DNA of 43,428 nt from a candidate division WWE3 bacterium RAAC2_WWE3_1 (lineage in GTDB: Bacteria; Patescibacteriota; WWE3; UBA101185; UBA10185): NCBI GenBank assembly GCA_000503835.1, contig CP006914.1:111790-155217 (forward strand), given 5' to 3'. Under the pieces are notes generated by a model that was not told the DNA's origin, ran no database searches, and was given only the letters and a program-made list of their open reading frames with translations. Below, one piece after another: positions 17,855 through 27,587 of the stretch (its first letter is position 1; each line of letters opens with the position of its first letter). Made by a program: the position numbers and the translations under genes.

Positions 17855-19005
17855 GAGCTCATAAGGAACCTCTAATTGCGATAGATGCGAGATTTCTCGG
17901 CGAAGCCGGTCCCGGCAGGTACGTTAAGAACATCATCGAACAGCTTGAAAAGACCGATACAACGAACGCGTATGTTATCTATCTGAGGCCAAAAGGTTTT
18001 GAACAATACAAACCGTCCTCACCGAATTTTAAAAAGGTTTTGGCCGACTACAAGTGGTATTCGTGGCAGGAGCAGTTCGGCTTTCTATTCAGAATTTTAA
18101 AGGACAGACCGGATATTTTTTATGTTCCCCATTTCAATATTCCGGTTTTGTATCCGGGAAAACTTGTTACGGCCATACCGGACATTATCATGCATTCTTT
18201 TAGCACCGAGCGCGGTACGACTTTGCCCAAGTTTTACTTCAGGTTTAAAAAATTGGTTTATAAAACGGTAGTTTATTGGGCGGTTAAACGCTCGTTTAAA
18301 GTTATCGTTCCTTCTCGGGACGTAAAGTCGGATTTTATTAAAGCTTATCCCGGTGTTTCTCCGGAAAAGTTTATCGTTGCATACGAGGGTGTTGATCCCG
18401 TTTTTTTTGAAGAACGTTCTGCTTCCTCTGAAATTTTCAGGGAGTTTGGTATCGACCGGCCGTATTTTCTCTATATAAGCAGTATGTACGAGCACAAGAA
18501 CGTGCCTTTCCTGATTGACGCTTTTGAAGATTTCTCAAGCTCAAATAATTACCGGCTCGTTCTTATCGGGAAAAAAGACAAGTTTTCGGAGCATGTCGCC
18601 GAAATTATCAAATCCAAAGACCTTCAGAAAAAGATTTTAATGCCCGGGATGACGAGATACGTAACTGATGATGAGATTAACTTTTTGCGCAGGAATGCAT
18701 CGGCTTATGTTTTTCCGTCGCTAAAAGAAGGCTTCAGTTTGACACCTCTGGAAGCTCAGGCGGTAGGCCTGCCTTCGGTAATTTCCGACATACCCTGCCA
18801 CAGGGAAATATACAGTGATACGGTTTTGTACTTTGATCCCAAAGATAAAACTGATTTTTTGCGGAAGTTAGAGATTATAACATCTAACGACAGTGTAAGG
18901 CAGAAACTAATCGAACTTGGTTATGAAAATGTTAAAAAATACGATTGGAAAAATACCGCTGAAATAACTCTAAATGTTTTCCGCGACCTTCTGAATAATC
19001 TCTAA
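17851..19005 (+). CDS. glycosyltransferase family 4 (mannosyltransferase-like)
   Basis: Motifs IAIDAR, GPGRY, HKN and EGFSLTPLEA. The GTG at 17851 gives a GTGA overlap; the ORF track starts at 17833. Confidence 0.9.
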   Translation: MRAHKEPLIAIDARFLGEAGPGRYVKNIIEQLEKTDTTNAYVIYLRPKGFEQYKPSSPNFKKVLADYKWYSWQEQFGFLFRILKDRPDIFYVPHFNIPVLYPGKLVTAIPDIIMHSFSTERGTTLPKFYFRFKKLVYKTVVYWAVKRSFKVIVPSRDVKSDFIKAYPGVSPEKFIVAYEGVDPVFFEERSASSEIFREFGIDRPYFLYISSMYEHKNVPFLIDAFEDFSSSNNYRLVLIGKKDKFSEHVAEIIKSKDLQKKILMPGMTRYVTDDEINFLRRNASAYVFPSLKEGFSLTPLEAQAVGLPSVISDIPCHREIYSDTVLYFDPKDKTDFLRKLEIITSNDSVRQKLIELGYENVKKYDWKNTAEITLNVFRDLLNNL

Positions 19006-20112
19006 GGTTTTTTTTGCGGTCCTGTCCCACGTGAATTCCTGCGATCTTAACTTGGCTCCGTAGATCCTTTCCCGCTTGTAGCCTCCGTGGAATATTAACG
19101 CAATGGAATTTCCGATTTCCTCGTAATCCTGTGGGTTTACATATAAAGGGAACTCTCCTCCCACTTCTTTGAACGCCGGTATGTCTGATACAAGTGCGGG
19201 GGTTTCGCAGGCCATGGCCTCCAGTAAAGGTAGTCCGAAACCTTCTTCGAGGGAAATGCTAATGAATGCTTCGGCACCCGAGAATAACGCGGCCAGATCC
19301 TCGTCGGGTAAAAAGCCGGGGAACAGAACATTTTTCTCAACACCGAACTTTTTCGGTGCACCGTAGGATTCCTCGGAGCTCCAGCCGGTTTTTCCCACTA
19401 TAAGTAATTTAGTATCCGAAAGGTCCGGGTTCTTTTTCAGGGCCTCCGAGTAGCCACGCACCATTAGGGGTATGTTTTTTCTCGGTTGAATGGTGGAAAC
19501 GAACAAAAGGTATTTGTTGTCGCCCAGGTCATATTTTTTTCTGACGGCATTTATTTCTTCGGGGTCCCGTTTATAAAAATTGTCGCCGACGCCTTCGCTT
19601 ACTATAGAAATCTTCGAATCGTCTTTTTTTACCCAACCCCTTTTTATGATCTCGTTTTTTGTAGCGATGGTGGGTACTATTAGTGCATGGGATTTTTTTG
19701 CCAGGTATTCCTCGGGTCGTCCCAGCAGTATTCTTTTTATTGGATTTAAACTTGCTTTTACAAACTTGTACTCAAGACCGTGTATCATACCGACCACCAT
19801 CAGTTTTCTATTCCTGCATATCGGCATGGTGTGGACCGGAGTAAAAAAGACATCAACAGGATTTCTTTTTAATTCTTTTGCAAGCCCCGACTGAGTCCAG
19901 GAAACTTTGCTTTTTATTATTATCGGTTTAAATGAATTATTCGAGTAAGTAAGTTTCGAAAAATAATCTTTGCCGGGCTCCCCGCTAAAATATATTTTAT
20001 ATTCGTTGTCCCTGTCTAGCCTTGCCAGAGCATTTATCAAGTTGTAGGTGTATCGCTCAGGGCCGGCGGGGTCTTCGATCAAAAGCCTTTGCCCGTTTAT
20101 TCCGATTTTCAT
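18970..20112 (-). CDS. glycosyltransferase family 4 (mannosyltransferase-like)
   Basis: Motifs GPERY, STIQPRKN and EGFGLPLLEAMAC. Confidence 0.92.
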   Translation of the reverse strand: MKIGINGQRLLIEDPAGPERYTYNLINALARLDRDNEYKIYFSGEPGKDYFSKLTYSNNSFKPIIIKSKVSWTQSGLAKELKRNPVDVFFTPVHTMPICRNRKLMVVGMIHGLEYKFVKASLNPIKRILLGRPEEYLAKKSHALIVPTIATKNEIIKRGWVKKDDSKISIVSEGVGDNFYKRDPEEINAVRKKYDLGDNKYLLFVSTIQPRKNIPLMVRGYSEALKKNPDLSDTKLLIVGKTGWSSEESYGAPKKFGVEKNVLFPGFLPDEDLAALFSGAEAFISISLEEGFGLPLLEAMACETPALVSDIPAFKEVGGEFPLYVNPQDYEEIGNSIALIFHGGYKRERIYGAKLRSQEFTWDRTAKKTLEIIQKVAENI

Positions 20113-20171
20113 ATTTGTTTTGATTATATTACAAACGGAATTTACCGCTATAGTATAAAATGGAAGTTAAT

Positions 20172-21290
20172 ATGAAGGTAGCAATAGTCTGCGACGACCT
20201 GGTTCAGCACGGGGGTGCGGAAAAAATCGTTGAAGCCGTTTCCGACATTTTTCCGAATGCTCCTATTTACACAACCATAGCGTCGAAGAAATGGCGTAAA
20301 TATTTTCGGGAAAAAGGTAGAAAGATCACAACCTCTTTTTTGCAGAAATTTCCTTTTGTCGTTAAGTTCAATCGTTACTATTCGGTCTTTTATTACCATG
20401 TTCTGGCAATAGAAAGTTTTGATTTTTCTAATTATGATCTGGTGTTTTCTATTTCTTCGAGATTTGCACATTTAGTTGTTACAGGTCCATCGACTAAACA
20501 TATTTGTTATTTGAATACACCCGGGCGTATGTTTTGGGAGCCGTTCGATTATTTTGAAAAAGAAAACTTCGGCGTTCCGGGTTTTTTAAAAAGCTTAGCC
20601 ATGTTTTTTGTCAGACCTTTTATTTTTCTAATGAGACTGGTGGATTTTTCTGCCATGAAAAGAGTTGACCTTGTAGTTTCGAACTCAAAGACCACGCAGG
20701 CTCGGTTGAGAAAGTATCATGGGATCGGAAGCTCTATAATACATCCCTTTTGCGGCGAACCTTCTCATGTGCAGGGCCGGGAAAAGGAAGAATATTACTT
20801 AATACTAACGAGACTGGCTTCCTGGAAACGGGTTGACATAGCGCTCCGGGCCTGTGAAAAGCTCGGAAAAAAGCTGAAGGTTGCGGGCGAAGGACCGGAC
20901 GCTAAAAGACTTCAATCCCTTGCAGGAAAGGGCGTAGAATTTCTGGGCAGGGTTTCTGATGAAGAAAAGTGGGCCCTTTTAGCTAACTGCACCGCCCTTA
21001 TTAACACGCAAAAAGAAGATTTTGGGATAGTTCCGCTGGAAGCTATGGCGGTGGGAAGACCAGTTATCGCGTATAACTTCGGAGGAGCCCTCGAAACCGT
21101 CATAGAAGGAGAAACGGGAATTTTTTTCGAAGAGCAGACGGCCGAAGCTTTATCAAAATGTATCGAAAAATTTGAAAAAATGACGTTTGATCCGGCCGTT
21201 TGTAAAAAACAAGCCGGGAAATTCTCATACGGGAACTTTAAATGTAGTATACTTGAAAAAGTAGACGATCTGATATGTACAAAATCCTGA
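20172..21290 (+). CDS. glycosyltransferase family 4 (WbaZ-like)
   Basis: Motifs MKVAIVCDDLVQHGGAEK, KRVD and EDFGIVPLEAMA. Alternative start at 20160. Confidence 0.92.
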   Translation: MKVAIVCDDLVQHGGAEKIVEAVSDIFPNAPIYTTIASKKWRKYFREKGRKITTSFLQKFPFVVKFNRYYSVFYYHVLAIESFDFSNYDLVFSISSRFAHLVVTGPSTKHICYLNTPGRMFWEPFDYFEKENFGVPGFLKSLAMFFVRPFIFLMRLVDFSAMKRVDLVVSNSKTTQARLRKYHGIGSSIIHPFCGEPSHVQGREKEEYYLILTRLASWKRVDIALRACEKLGKKLKVAGEGPDAKRLQSLAGKGVEFLGRVSDEEKWALLANCTALINTQKEDFGIVPLEAMAVGRPVIAYNFGGALETVIEGETGIFFEEQTAEALSKCIEKFEKMTFDPAVCKKQAGKFSYGNFKCSILEKVDDLICTKS

Positions 21291-21910
21291 AAAGAATAAT
21301 GGATATAGTGGGCGCACTGATAGCTCTTGTACTGTTTTCCCCGATATTTTTGTTAACTGCTGTATGGATAAAATGTGTTTCGCCGGGCGGGCCGGTTTTT
21401 GCCGACATACCGGACCGTGTCGGAAAAGATAAAAAACCTTTCAAGTTCATGAAATTCCGTTCGATGTTCCCAAATGCCCATGAGTATCTGATAAAAAATC
21501 AGGAACTTTACCAAAAATACGTAGAGAATAACTATAAAATAAATGCCGAGGAAGACCCGAGAATTATAAAAGGCGGAATTTTCCTTAGGAAATACAGCAT
21601 AGACGAACTGCCCCAATTTATAAATGTATTAAAAGGCGAGATGAGCATCGTAGGCCCTCGCGCTTACTATTTTTTTGAGATCGAGGAGCAGGCCGTAAAA
21701 TTTCCCGATACCGCCGGTTTAATTGAAAAGGCAGTATCGATCAAACCGGGTATTACCGGACCCTGGCAGGTCACCGGAAGGTCTTCGATCGGGTTTGTCG
21801 AGAGGGTGAAACTTGATGCAAGGTATGCAGAGAACAAGTCGATATTGTATGATATATTGATTGTCTTGAAAACGCCGTATGTAGTTTTAACTAAAAAAGG
21901 AGCCGTTTAA
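21275..21910 (+). CDS. priming phosphoglycosyl transferase (bacterial sugar transferase, WbaP/WcaJ C-terminal-like)
   Basis: Motifs KRIMDI, KFRSM, DPRI and LRKYSIDELPQFINVLKGEMSIVGPR, plus KPGITG. Confidence 0.93.
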   Translation: MYKILKRIMDIVGALIALVLFSPIFLLTAVWIKCVSPGGPVFADIPDRVGKDKKPFKFMKFRSMFPNAHEYLIKNQELYQKYVENNYKINAEEDPRIIKGGIFLRKYSIDELPQFINVLKGEMSIVGPRAYYFFEIEEQAVKFPDTAGLIEKAVSIKPGITGPWQVTGRSSIGFVERVKLDARYAENKSILYDILIVLKTPYVVLTKKGAV

Positions 21911-21912
21911 AT

Positions 21913-23871
21913 ATGAATAATTCACAATTTTGGGGTTCGGAGAGTAGCGTCGCTTTCCAGCCGGGTGCATCGGGCTACAAGGCCGGTAAAAAGAAGGGCG
22001 GCAACGGTGTGGCTAAAAAGCTGGGAATAGGGTCGGTAGTTTTCTTTGTTATTTTGGCTGTTGTGGGTGTTTTAGCCTATTTCTATTTTGTTAAACCCGC
22101 GCTAGCTCTTTATTCTGCCGCGAGCATTCTACAATCCGACACTGCGAAAATAGGAGAAGCTTTACAGAACAGAGATCTGGTAGCATTGGACGCCACGCTT
22201 AATAAAACAGAAAATAACCTGAAGTCATTGAGGGAGCAGAGAGAACAAAGCTTCGGCTGGGCCAAGAATAAGACAATGTTCAAGATCAATGAGTACTACG
22301 CCGATTCCGAAAGGTTTATAAATGCAGGATTTTATGCGATCGACGCCCTGCGCGAAGCCGAAAAGGTAGTTTTACCATTTGCCGATGCCGCCGGTTTAAA
22401 AGTTTCCGCCGATCAGGAAGTTCCGGAGGAAGAGGGTTTGATGGAGGCATTTCAGGGTTGGATATCAATAATGCCTGAGGTGGCAGGAAAGATGGACGGA
22501 GTGATTGAAAAAGTCTCAAAGGTAGGTGAAGAATTGGAACCGATTAACGTTGAAAAATATCCTGAAAAATTTAGAGGTACGCCGATCAGGGAAAATATTA
22601 TCTTCGTCAAAGACACCCTGTCTAAGGCCGATGACTACGCCCCCGATCTTAAGCAGGCGCTGACCATTTTCCCAAGAGTACTGGCTGTCGGAACACCTGT
22701 GAAAAGGTACATGATAATAATGCAGAATGATAAAGAAATAAGACCGACAGGGGGATTTATGACCAACTACGCCACATTCAAGATAGCGAACGGCCTTCTT
22801 GATTCCGACTTTACTTCCAAGGATATGTATAGCGTAGACCTTACATTGGATCTGATCGATGCTACTTATGATTTCCCCGATCCTCCGGCGGCCTACACAA
22901 AATATCTGCTGGTAGAGAGGTGGTACGCAAGGGATATGAACTATTCGCCTGACTTTGTGACGTCCATGGATCAGTTCCTCCGCTTTTACAACATGGCAGG
23001 ACGTATAGATCCCGTAGAGATTAAGCCGGTTGATGGTATTTTTGCCATCGACACCCAGGTTATAAGCGAACTGCTCGAAGTTACGGGTCCGGTGACTGTC
23101 AACGGTATTACGTACACAAAAGATAATGTTGTTCTGGAGCTGGAAAGAATTGCTTCATTGGCCCTCAAAGAACAAGCGGGAAGGAAAAGAGTTTTGGGTT
23201 ACCTGATGAAAGCCATGCTGACCAACGTGTTCGAGTCTGATAAAAATCTGTGGCCAAAACTAATTGATAAAGCAGCCAGTCTTGCGGCGAGAAGACACGT
23301 GCAGGTGTATGTTTTTGATCCCGAAGCCCAGGTACTTGTAGATAAGTATGAAATGGGCGGCCGTATAAAACAGGATACGAAGGGCGATTATTCGATGGTT
23401 GTTTCGACCAACTTAGGCGGAGATAAAACGAACTGGTTCGTGAAAAAATCAGTTAATCATAAATTGGAAAAGTCAGGGGATAAATGGCTTAGGACGGTGA
23501 ACATTGTCTACAAGTACGAAAACCCCGACGGCGAGTTTGCGCCCTTTGTTAAGCAATTTAAAGACTGGGTGAGGGTTTATGCCCCGATTGGTTCGGAGTT
23601 TATCTCGGTTGATGGTAGTGAGGATGGAACTATGACTGACCAGGAGAATAATAGGGTATGGTACAGTGCCTTTATCACCGCTCAGCCCGGAGATACGAAA
23701 GAGGTTACGTTCAAGTACTATATTCCTTCTAATTTGGTAGGTGAGAAAGAATATAATCTCTATCTTCAAAAACAGGCAGGCGTGAACGGCGAGAAATATA
23801 CGGTAAGCTACGGTACAAAGACGGTTGATGTTGACCTCGTTAACTTTAAAGAAGTTACGATAAAGAACTAA
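21913..23871 (+). CDS. DUF4012 domain membrane-anchored protein
   Basis: N-terminal TM and helical stalk, then QNDKEIRPTGGF, RDMNYSPDF, DGIFAID and NLGGDK motifs. Confidence 0.8.
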   Translation: MNNSQFWGSESSVAFQPGASGYKAGKKKGGNGVAKKLGIGSVVFFVILAVVGVLAYFYFVKPALALYSAASILQSDTAKIGEALQNRDLVALDATLNKTENNLKSLREQREQSFGWAKNKTMFKINEYYADSERFINAGFYAIDALREAEKVVLPFADAAGLKVSADQEVPEEEGLMEAFQGWISIMPEVAGKMDGVIEKVSKVGEELEPINVEKYPEKFRGTPIRENIIFVKDTLSKADDYAPDLKQALTIFPRVLAVGTPVKRYMIIMQNDKEIRPTGGFMTNYATFKIANGLLDSDFTSKDMYSVDLTLDLIDATYDFPDPPAAYTKYLLVERWYARDMNYSPDFVTSMDQFLRFYNMAGRIDPVEIKPVDGIFAIDTQVISELLEVTGPVTVNGITYTKDNVVLELERIASLALKEQAGRKRVLGYLMKAMLTNVFESDKNLWPKLIDKAASLAARRHVQVYVFDPEAQVLVDKYEMGGRIKQDTKGDYSMVVSTNLGGDKTNWFVKKSVNHKLEKSGDKWLRTVNIVYKYENPDGEFAPFVKQFKDWVRVYAPIGSEFISVDGSEDGTMTDQENNRVWYSAFITAQPGDTKEVTFKYYIPSNLVGEKEYNLYLQKQAGVNGEKYTVSYGTKTVDVDLVNFKEVTIKN

Positions 23872-23929
23872 ACACAAACTGTCTCCTGCAGATTTTACGC
23901 ATAACGCCCGGCGGAATAGAATTAGCCTG

Positions 23930-24649
23930 ATGAAAAAGATTAACACTGTCGCAGTTGTATTAAAAAGTATCAATTACCGGGATTCCGACAAAATCTACAC
24001 ATTGTTATCTAAGGATCTCGGTAAAATACCTGCAATTGCCCGGGGTGTACGTAAAATTTCCTCAAGGAGGGCGGGTAACCTTGACACCCTTAATCTTGTA
24101 AAGGTCGGTTTATCTGAGGGGTTGGGCGGGATGCGTCAAATAGATGAAGTTTCGGGTCTGAACAGCTTTCGGAAATTGAAGAGTGACTACTCATTAAGTA
24201 CAAAATGCTCGTATGTTGTTGAGCTCTTGCATAAAACCACCGAAGAAAGCGGAAATTCGGAGGATGCCTTCGAACTTCTGGTTAAATTCCTCAAGATAGC
24301 GTCCCGGTTTCCTGAAAATATAGATCTGGCCGTAAGATTTTTTGAGCTCCACTACCTCGCTCTTATGGGATATGGTTTGAACACGGAGACCTGTTTGAAG
24401 TGCAAAAAGTTCCTGAAAGAAACAGGACCCCAAATATATTTAGATGCGGGACACGGAGGGTTTGTTTGCGTAGACTGTTCCCATACCGGACTTGGTTTTT
24501 CCGTTCAGGCGGTAGATACGCTGAGGGAGCTTTCAGGGAACAAGTTGTCGAAGTCAACCGAAAAGATCCTCAAAGAGTTGAATACGATTACTTCGGCTCT
24601 AATAGACGAACACTTTAGTATTAGGATAAAGAGCCGGGAACTGCTTTGA
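23930..24649 (+). CDS. recO: DNA repair protein RecO
   Basis: Motifs YRDSDKIYTLLS and GKIPAIARGVRK, plus a CxxC...CxxC zinc site. Confidence 0.92.
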   Translation: MKKINTVAVVLKSINYRDSDKIYTLLSKDLGKIPAIARGVRKISSRRAGNLDTLNLVKVGLSEGLGGMRQIDEVSGLNSFRKLKSDYSLSTKCSYVVELLHKTTEESGNSEDAFELLVKFLKIASRFPENIDLAVRFFELHYLALMGYGLNTETCLKCKKFLKETGPQIYLDAGHGGFVCVDCSHTGLGFSVQAVDTLRELSGNKLSKSTEKILKELNTITSALIDEHFSIRIKSRELL

Positions 24650-24736
24650 TTTTATTAGATCAAAGGGCGGGAACTTTTTTGATTCCGGAACCCGTTCAAT
24701 CTTGGAAATTAATGCCTTCTGCTATATACTGGCTCT

Positions 24737-26122
24737 ATGTCTGAAATTGCGGACTTACAGCAGAAGATCGTCTCACTTGGTAAAAGAAGAGGATACGTTT
24801 TCCCCGGCTCCGAAATTTATGGGGGACTGTCAAATACCTACGATTTCGGACCTTTGGGTGTTTTATTACTTAGAAACATAAAAAACTCGTGGTGGGATTT
24901 TTTTGTAACCCGTCGTGCAAATATCCACGGACTGGACACAAGCATTTTAATGAGCCCCAAAGTTTGGGAGGCTTCAGGACACACAGCCAATTTTACGGAC
25001 GTTCTGGTCGACTGTAAAAACTGTAAGATGCGCACGAGGGCTGATCATTTGATCGAAGGCTACTTTCAATCAAAGGGTGAAAAGAAAAGTGTAGAGGGGC
25101 TGTCCCCCGAAGAATTATCGGAAATAATCGAAGCCAATAAGATCCCCTGTCCTAAATGCGGGGTTCACGAGTGGACAAGACCAAGGAAGTTCAATTTACT
25201 TTTTGAAACAAACGTGGGTATTGTCACCGATTCACAATCCGCTGTTTTTTTAAGAGGAGAGATTGCTCAGGGAATGTTCGTAAACTTTAGAAATGTATTG
25301 GATACGATGAGACCTAAACTTCCGTTCGGTATCGCACAATCGGGAAAAGCTTTTAGAAATGAAATAACTTTAGGGAATTTTATTTTCAGAACTCTGGAGT
25401 TCAATTTAGCCGAATTTGAATATTTCTTTGATCCCGCAAAGACCAATTGGATGGCATTATTTGACTACTGGAAGGAAGAAATGAGAAAGTGGGCACTGAC
25501 ATTAGGATTGCCCGAAGAAAAATTATCCTGGAGAACACACACGGATGCGGAAAGAGCGCATTACTCTACAAAGACCGAAGATCTGGATTTTGAATTTCCG
25601 TTCGGTGTTAAAGAACTTTTCGGCCTAGCCTATCGAACGGATTATGACCTGAAGAATCATATAGAAAAATCCGGAGAAGACCTGAGATACACGGACCCGG
25701 AAACGGGTGAAAAAATAGTGCCGCACGTTATTGAGCCCACCTTCGGAATAAACCGCGTACTTTTAGCCGTCTTATCGGACGCGTATTCAGAAGAGGACGG
25801 CAGAACTGTTCTTAAATTACCCCGCAACCTGGCACCTTATAGGGCAGCGGTATTTCCGCTTGTCAGAAATAAAGAAGAAGTGGTTGGGAAAGCCCGCGAA
25901 ATTTTCGACATGCTTGTGTCGGAAGGTGTCTCCGTTACATGGGATGACAGAGGTAACATAGGTAAACGTTATTATTCCCAGGATGAGATAGGTACGCCTT
26001 TTTGTATCACCATCGACTACCAGACGCTGGAAGATGATACGGTTACCGTCAGAGACCGGGATTCTATGGAGCAAGTGCGTATCGCAGTAAGCGATCTGGA
26101 GTTTTATATCACAAGACAGTAA
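24737..26122 (+). CDS. glyQS: glycine--tRNA ligase (alpha2 type)
   Basis: Motifs IYGG...YDFGPLG, WEASGH, GKAFRNEI, VIEPTFG and IGKRYYSQDEIGTP. Confidence 0.96.
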   Translation: MSEIADLQQKIVSLGKRRGYVFPGSEIYGGLSNTYDFGPLGVLLLRNIKNSWWDFFVTRRANIHGLDTSILMSPKVWEASGHTANFTDVLVDCKNCKMRTRADHLIEGYFQSKGEKKSVEGLSPEELSEIIEANKIPCPKCGVHEWTRPRKFNLLFETNVGIVTDSQSAVFLRGEIAQGMFVNFRNVLDTMRPKLPFGIAQSGKAFRNEITLGNFIFRTLEFNLAEFEYFFDPAKTNWMALFDYWKEEMRKWALTLGLPEEKLSWRTHTDAERAHYSTKTEDLDFEFPFGVKELFGLAYRTDYDLKNHIEKSGEDLRYTDPETGEKIVPHVIEPTFGINRVLLAVLSDAYSEEDGRTVLKLPRNLAPYRAAVFPLVRNKEEVVGKAREIFDMLVSEGVSVTWDDRGNIGKRYYSQDEIGTPFCITIDYQTLEDDTVTVRDRDSMEQVRIAVSDLEFYITRQ

Positions 26123-26221
26123 ATTTTTTCAAATACCCACCCGACTGTAAATAGGCTGTTTATGCTATAAAAACGGTATTTTCTACTACCCCTAACCCCT
26201 CATTTTCGGGTTTCATTTGTA

Positions 26222-26272
26222 TTGACAATGGATACTCAGTGGAGCATATTGGTATAAATTGGTGATGAATGG
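26222..26272 (+). promoter_or_regulatory. mraZ promoter with a putative MraZ operator (periodic TGG repeats)
   Basis: TTGACA at 26222-26227. TGG starts at 26229, 26240, 26250, 26260 and 26270. Confidence 0.7.
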
Positions 26273-26289
26273 TGAATAGCACTATGAGA

Positions 26290-26694
26290 ATGTTTCTTGG
26301 GGAATATAAACCGAATATCACCGAAGGATCAAGAATTGCCCTGCCCAAGAAACTTCGGGATCAGATCAGAGGAGAAGAAGTGATTCTCTCCCGGGGATTT
26401 GAAATGTGCGTATTCGTTTACGACAAGGAAGATTGGGCCGCGGAAGCCCAAAAGCAAATTGAAAATCCTATAACTGACGCAAGAACGAGAGATATAAAAA
26501 GGTATATGTACTCTGGTGCCGCCGACGTGACAATAGATCCTCAGGGGAGAATTGTTATACCCGGAAACCTTAAAGAATATGCGGGATTGGGAAAGAACTT
26601 AGCGGTAGTCGGGGCAGGAGACCACATAGAGATCTGGAATCTCGACAGTTGGAAAGCCAGGCTGGAAAAAATTAGCGGAGAAGTTACTGCCTAA
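26290..26694 (+). CDS. mraZ: transcriptional regulator MraZ
   Basis: MFLGEY start (in-frame ATGs also at 26269 and 26284), RIALP, DPQGRIVIP and GAGDHIEIW. Lies upstream of rsmH. Confidence 0.95.
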   Translation: MFLGEYKPNITEGSRIALPKKLRDQIRGEEVILSRGFEMCVFVYDKEDWAAEAQKQIENPITDARTRDIKRYMYSGAADVTIDPQGRIVIPGNLKEYAGLGKNLAVVGAGDHIEIWNLDSWKARLEKISGEVTA

Positions 26695-26705
26695 CCTACT
26701 GAGAA

Positions 26706-27587
26706 ATGTACCACAAGCCGGTCTTGCTAAAAGAAGTTTTAGAACATTTAAAAGTTAATAAAGGTGCTAAATATATCGACGCTACTCTCGGCGACGGAGG
26801 ACACACGGTAGAAATCTTAAAAATGGGCGGGACGGTTCTTGGTCTGGATGTAAATCCGGCCGCAGTACAGAGAGCCGCGAACCGTATAAAAGATCTTGGA
26901 TTGAGTGAAAATTTTACCGGTGCCGCAGATAATTTCAAGCACATTAAAGAAGTTGCCGTTTCGCAAGGCTTCGAAAAAGTGTCGGGAATCCTTTTTGATC
27001 TCGGTTACAGCACGTTCGAGCTGGAAGAAGGGAACATCGGGCTGTCTTTTTTAAGCGACCAGCCTTTGGACATGAGACTGGATACCGCTTTAGGAGTAAC
27101 AGCCGCAGATCTGGTCAATGCCCTGCCCGAAGAACGTCTGACCGATATTATTTTCGGTTACTCGGACGAAAGGATGTCGAGAAGATTTGCGAAAGCAATA
27201 GTGGAAGCTCGTAAGTTGAGGAAGATACAGACTACACGCCAGCTGGCGGAAATAATCAAGTCTGCAGCTCCCCCAGACTATGAGCGCGGGAGAATTAATC
27301 CTGCCACCAGGACTTTTCAGGCTCTCAGGATTGCAGTAAACAACGAGCTTGAGAACCTTGAAGACTCACTGCCCCGGGCTGCACGTCTTCTACTGCCTGG
27401 AGGCCGAATGGTAGTGATATCGTTCCATTCATTGGAAGACGGTATTGTGAAACAATTCGGTCTTGACGTGCAGCCCATGCTGAAGAGAGTTGTGAAAAAA
27501 CCTCTGGTGCCCGTGGAGGAAGAAATAAACGAGAATCCCAGGGCAAGAAGCGCAAAAATGCGCGTATTTGAAAAATGTGCAGAATAG
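26706..27587 (+). CDS. rsmH: 16S rRNA m4C1402 methyltransferase
   Basis: Motifs HKPVLL, DATLGDGGH, LDMR, TFQALRIAVNNEL, SFHSLED and NPRARSAK. Confidence 0.97.
   Translation: MYHKPVLLKEVLEHLKVNKGAKYIDATLGDGGHTVEILKMGGTVLGLDVNPAAVQRAANRIKDLGLSENFTGAADNFKHIKEVAVSQGFEKVSGILFDLGYSTFELEEGNIGLSFLSDQPLDMRLDTALGVTAADLVNALPEERLTDIIFGYSDERMSRRFAKAIVEARKLRKIQTTRQLAEIIKSAAPPDYERGRINPATRTFQALRIAVNNELENLEDSLPRAARLLLPGGRMVVISFHSLEDGIVKQFGLDVQPMLKRVVKKPLVPVEEEINENPRARSAKMRVFEKCAE

Noticed and set aside
24650-24736. Possible T-box riboswitch upstream of glyQS
   Set aside because: The gap is only 87 nt, there is no T-box consensus, and the -10 box lies 6 nt before the ATG, leaving no leader.
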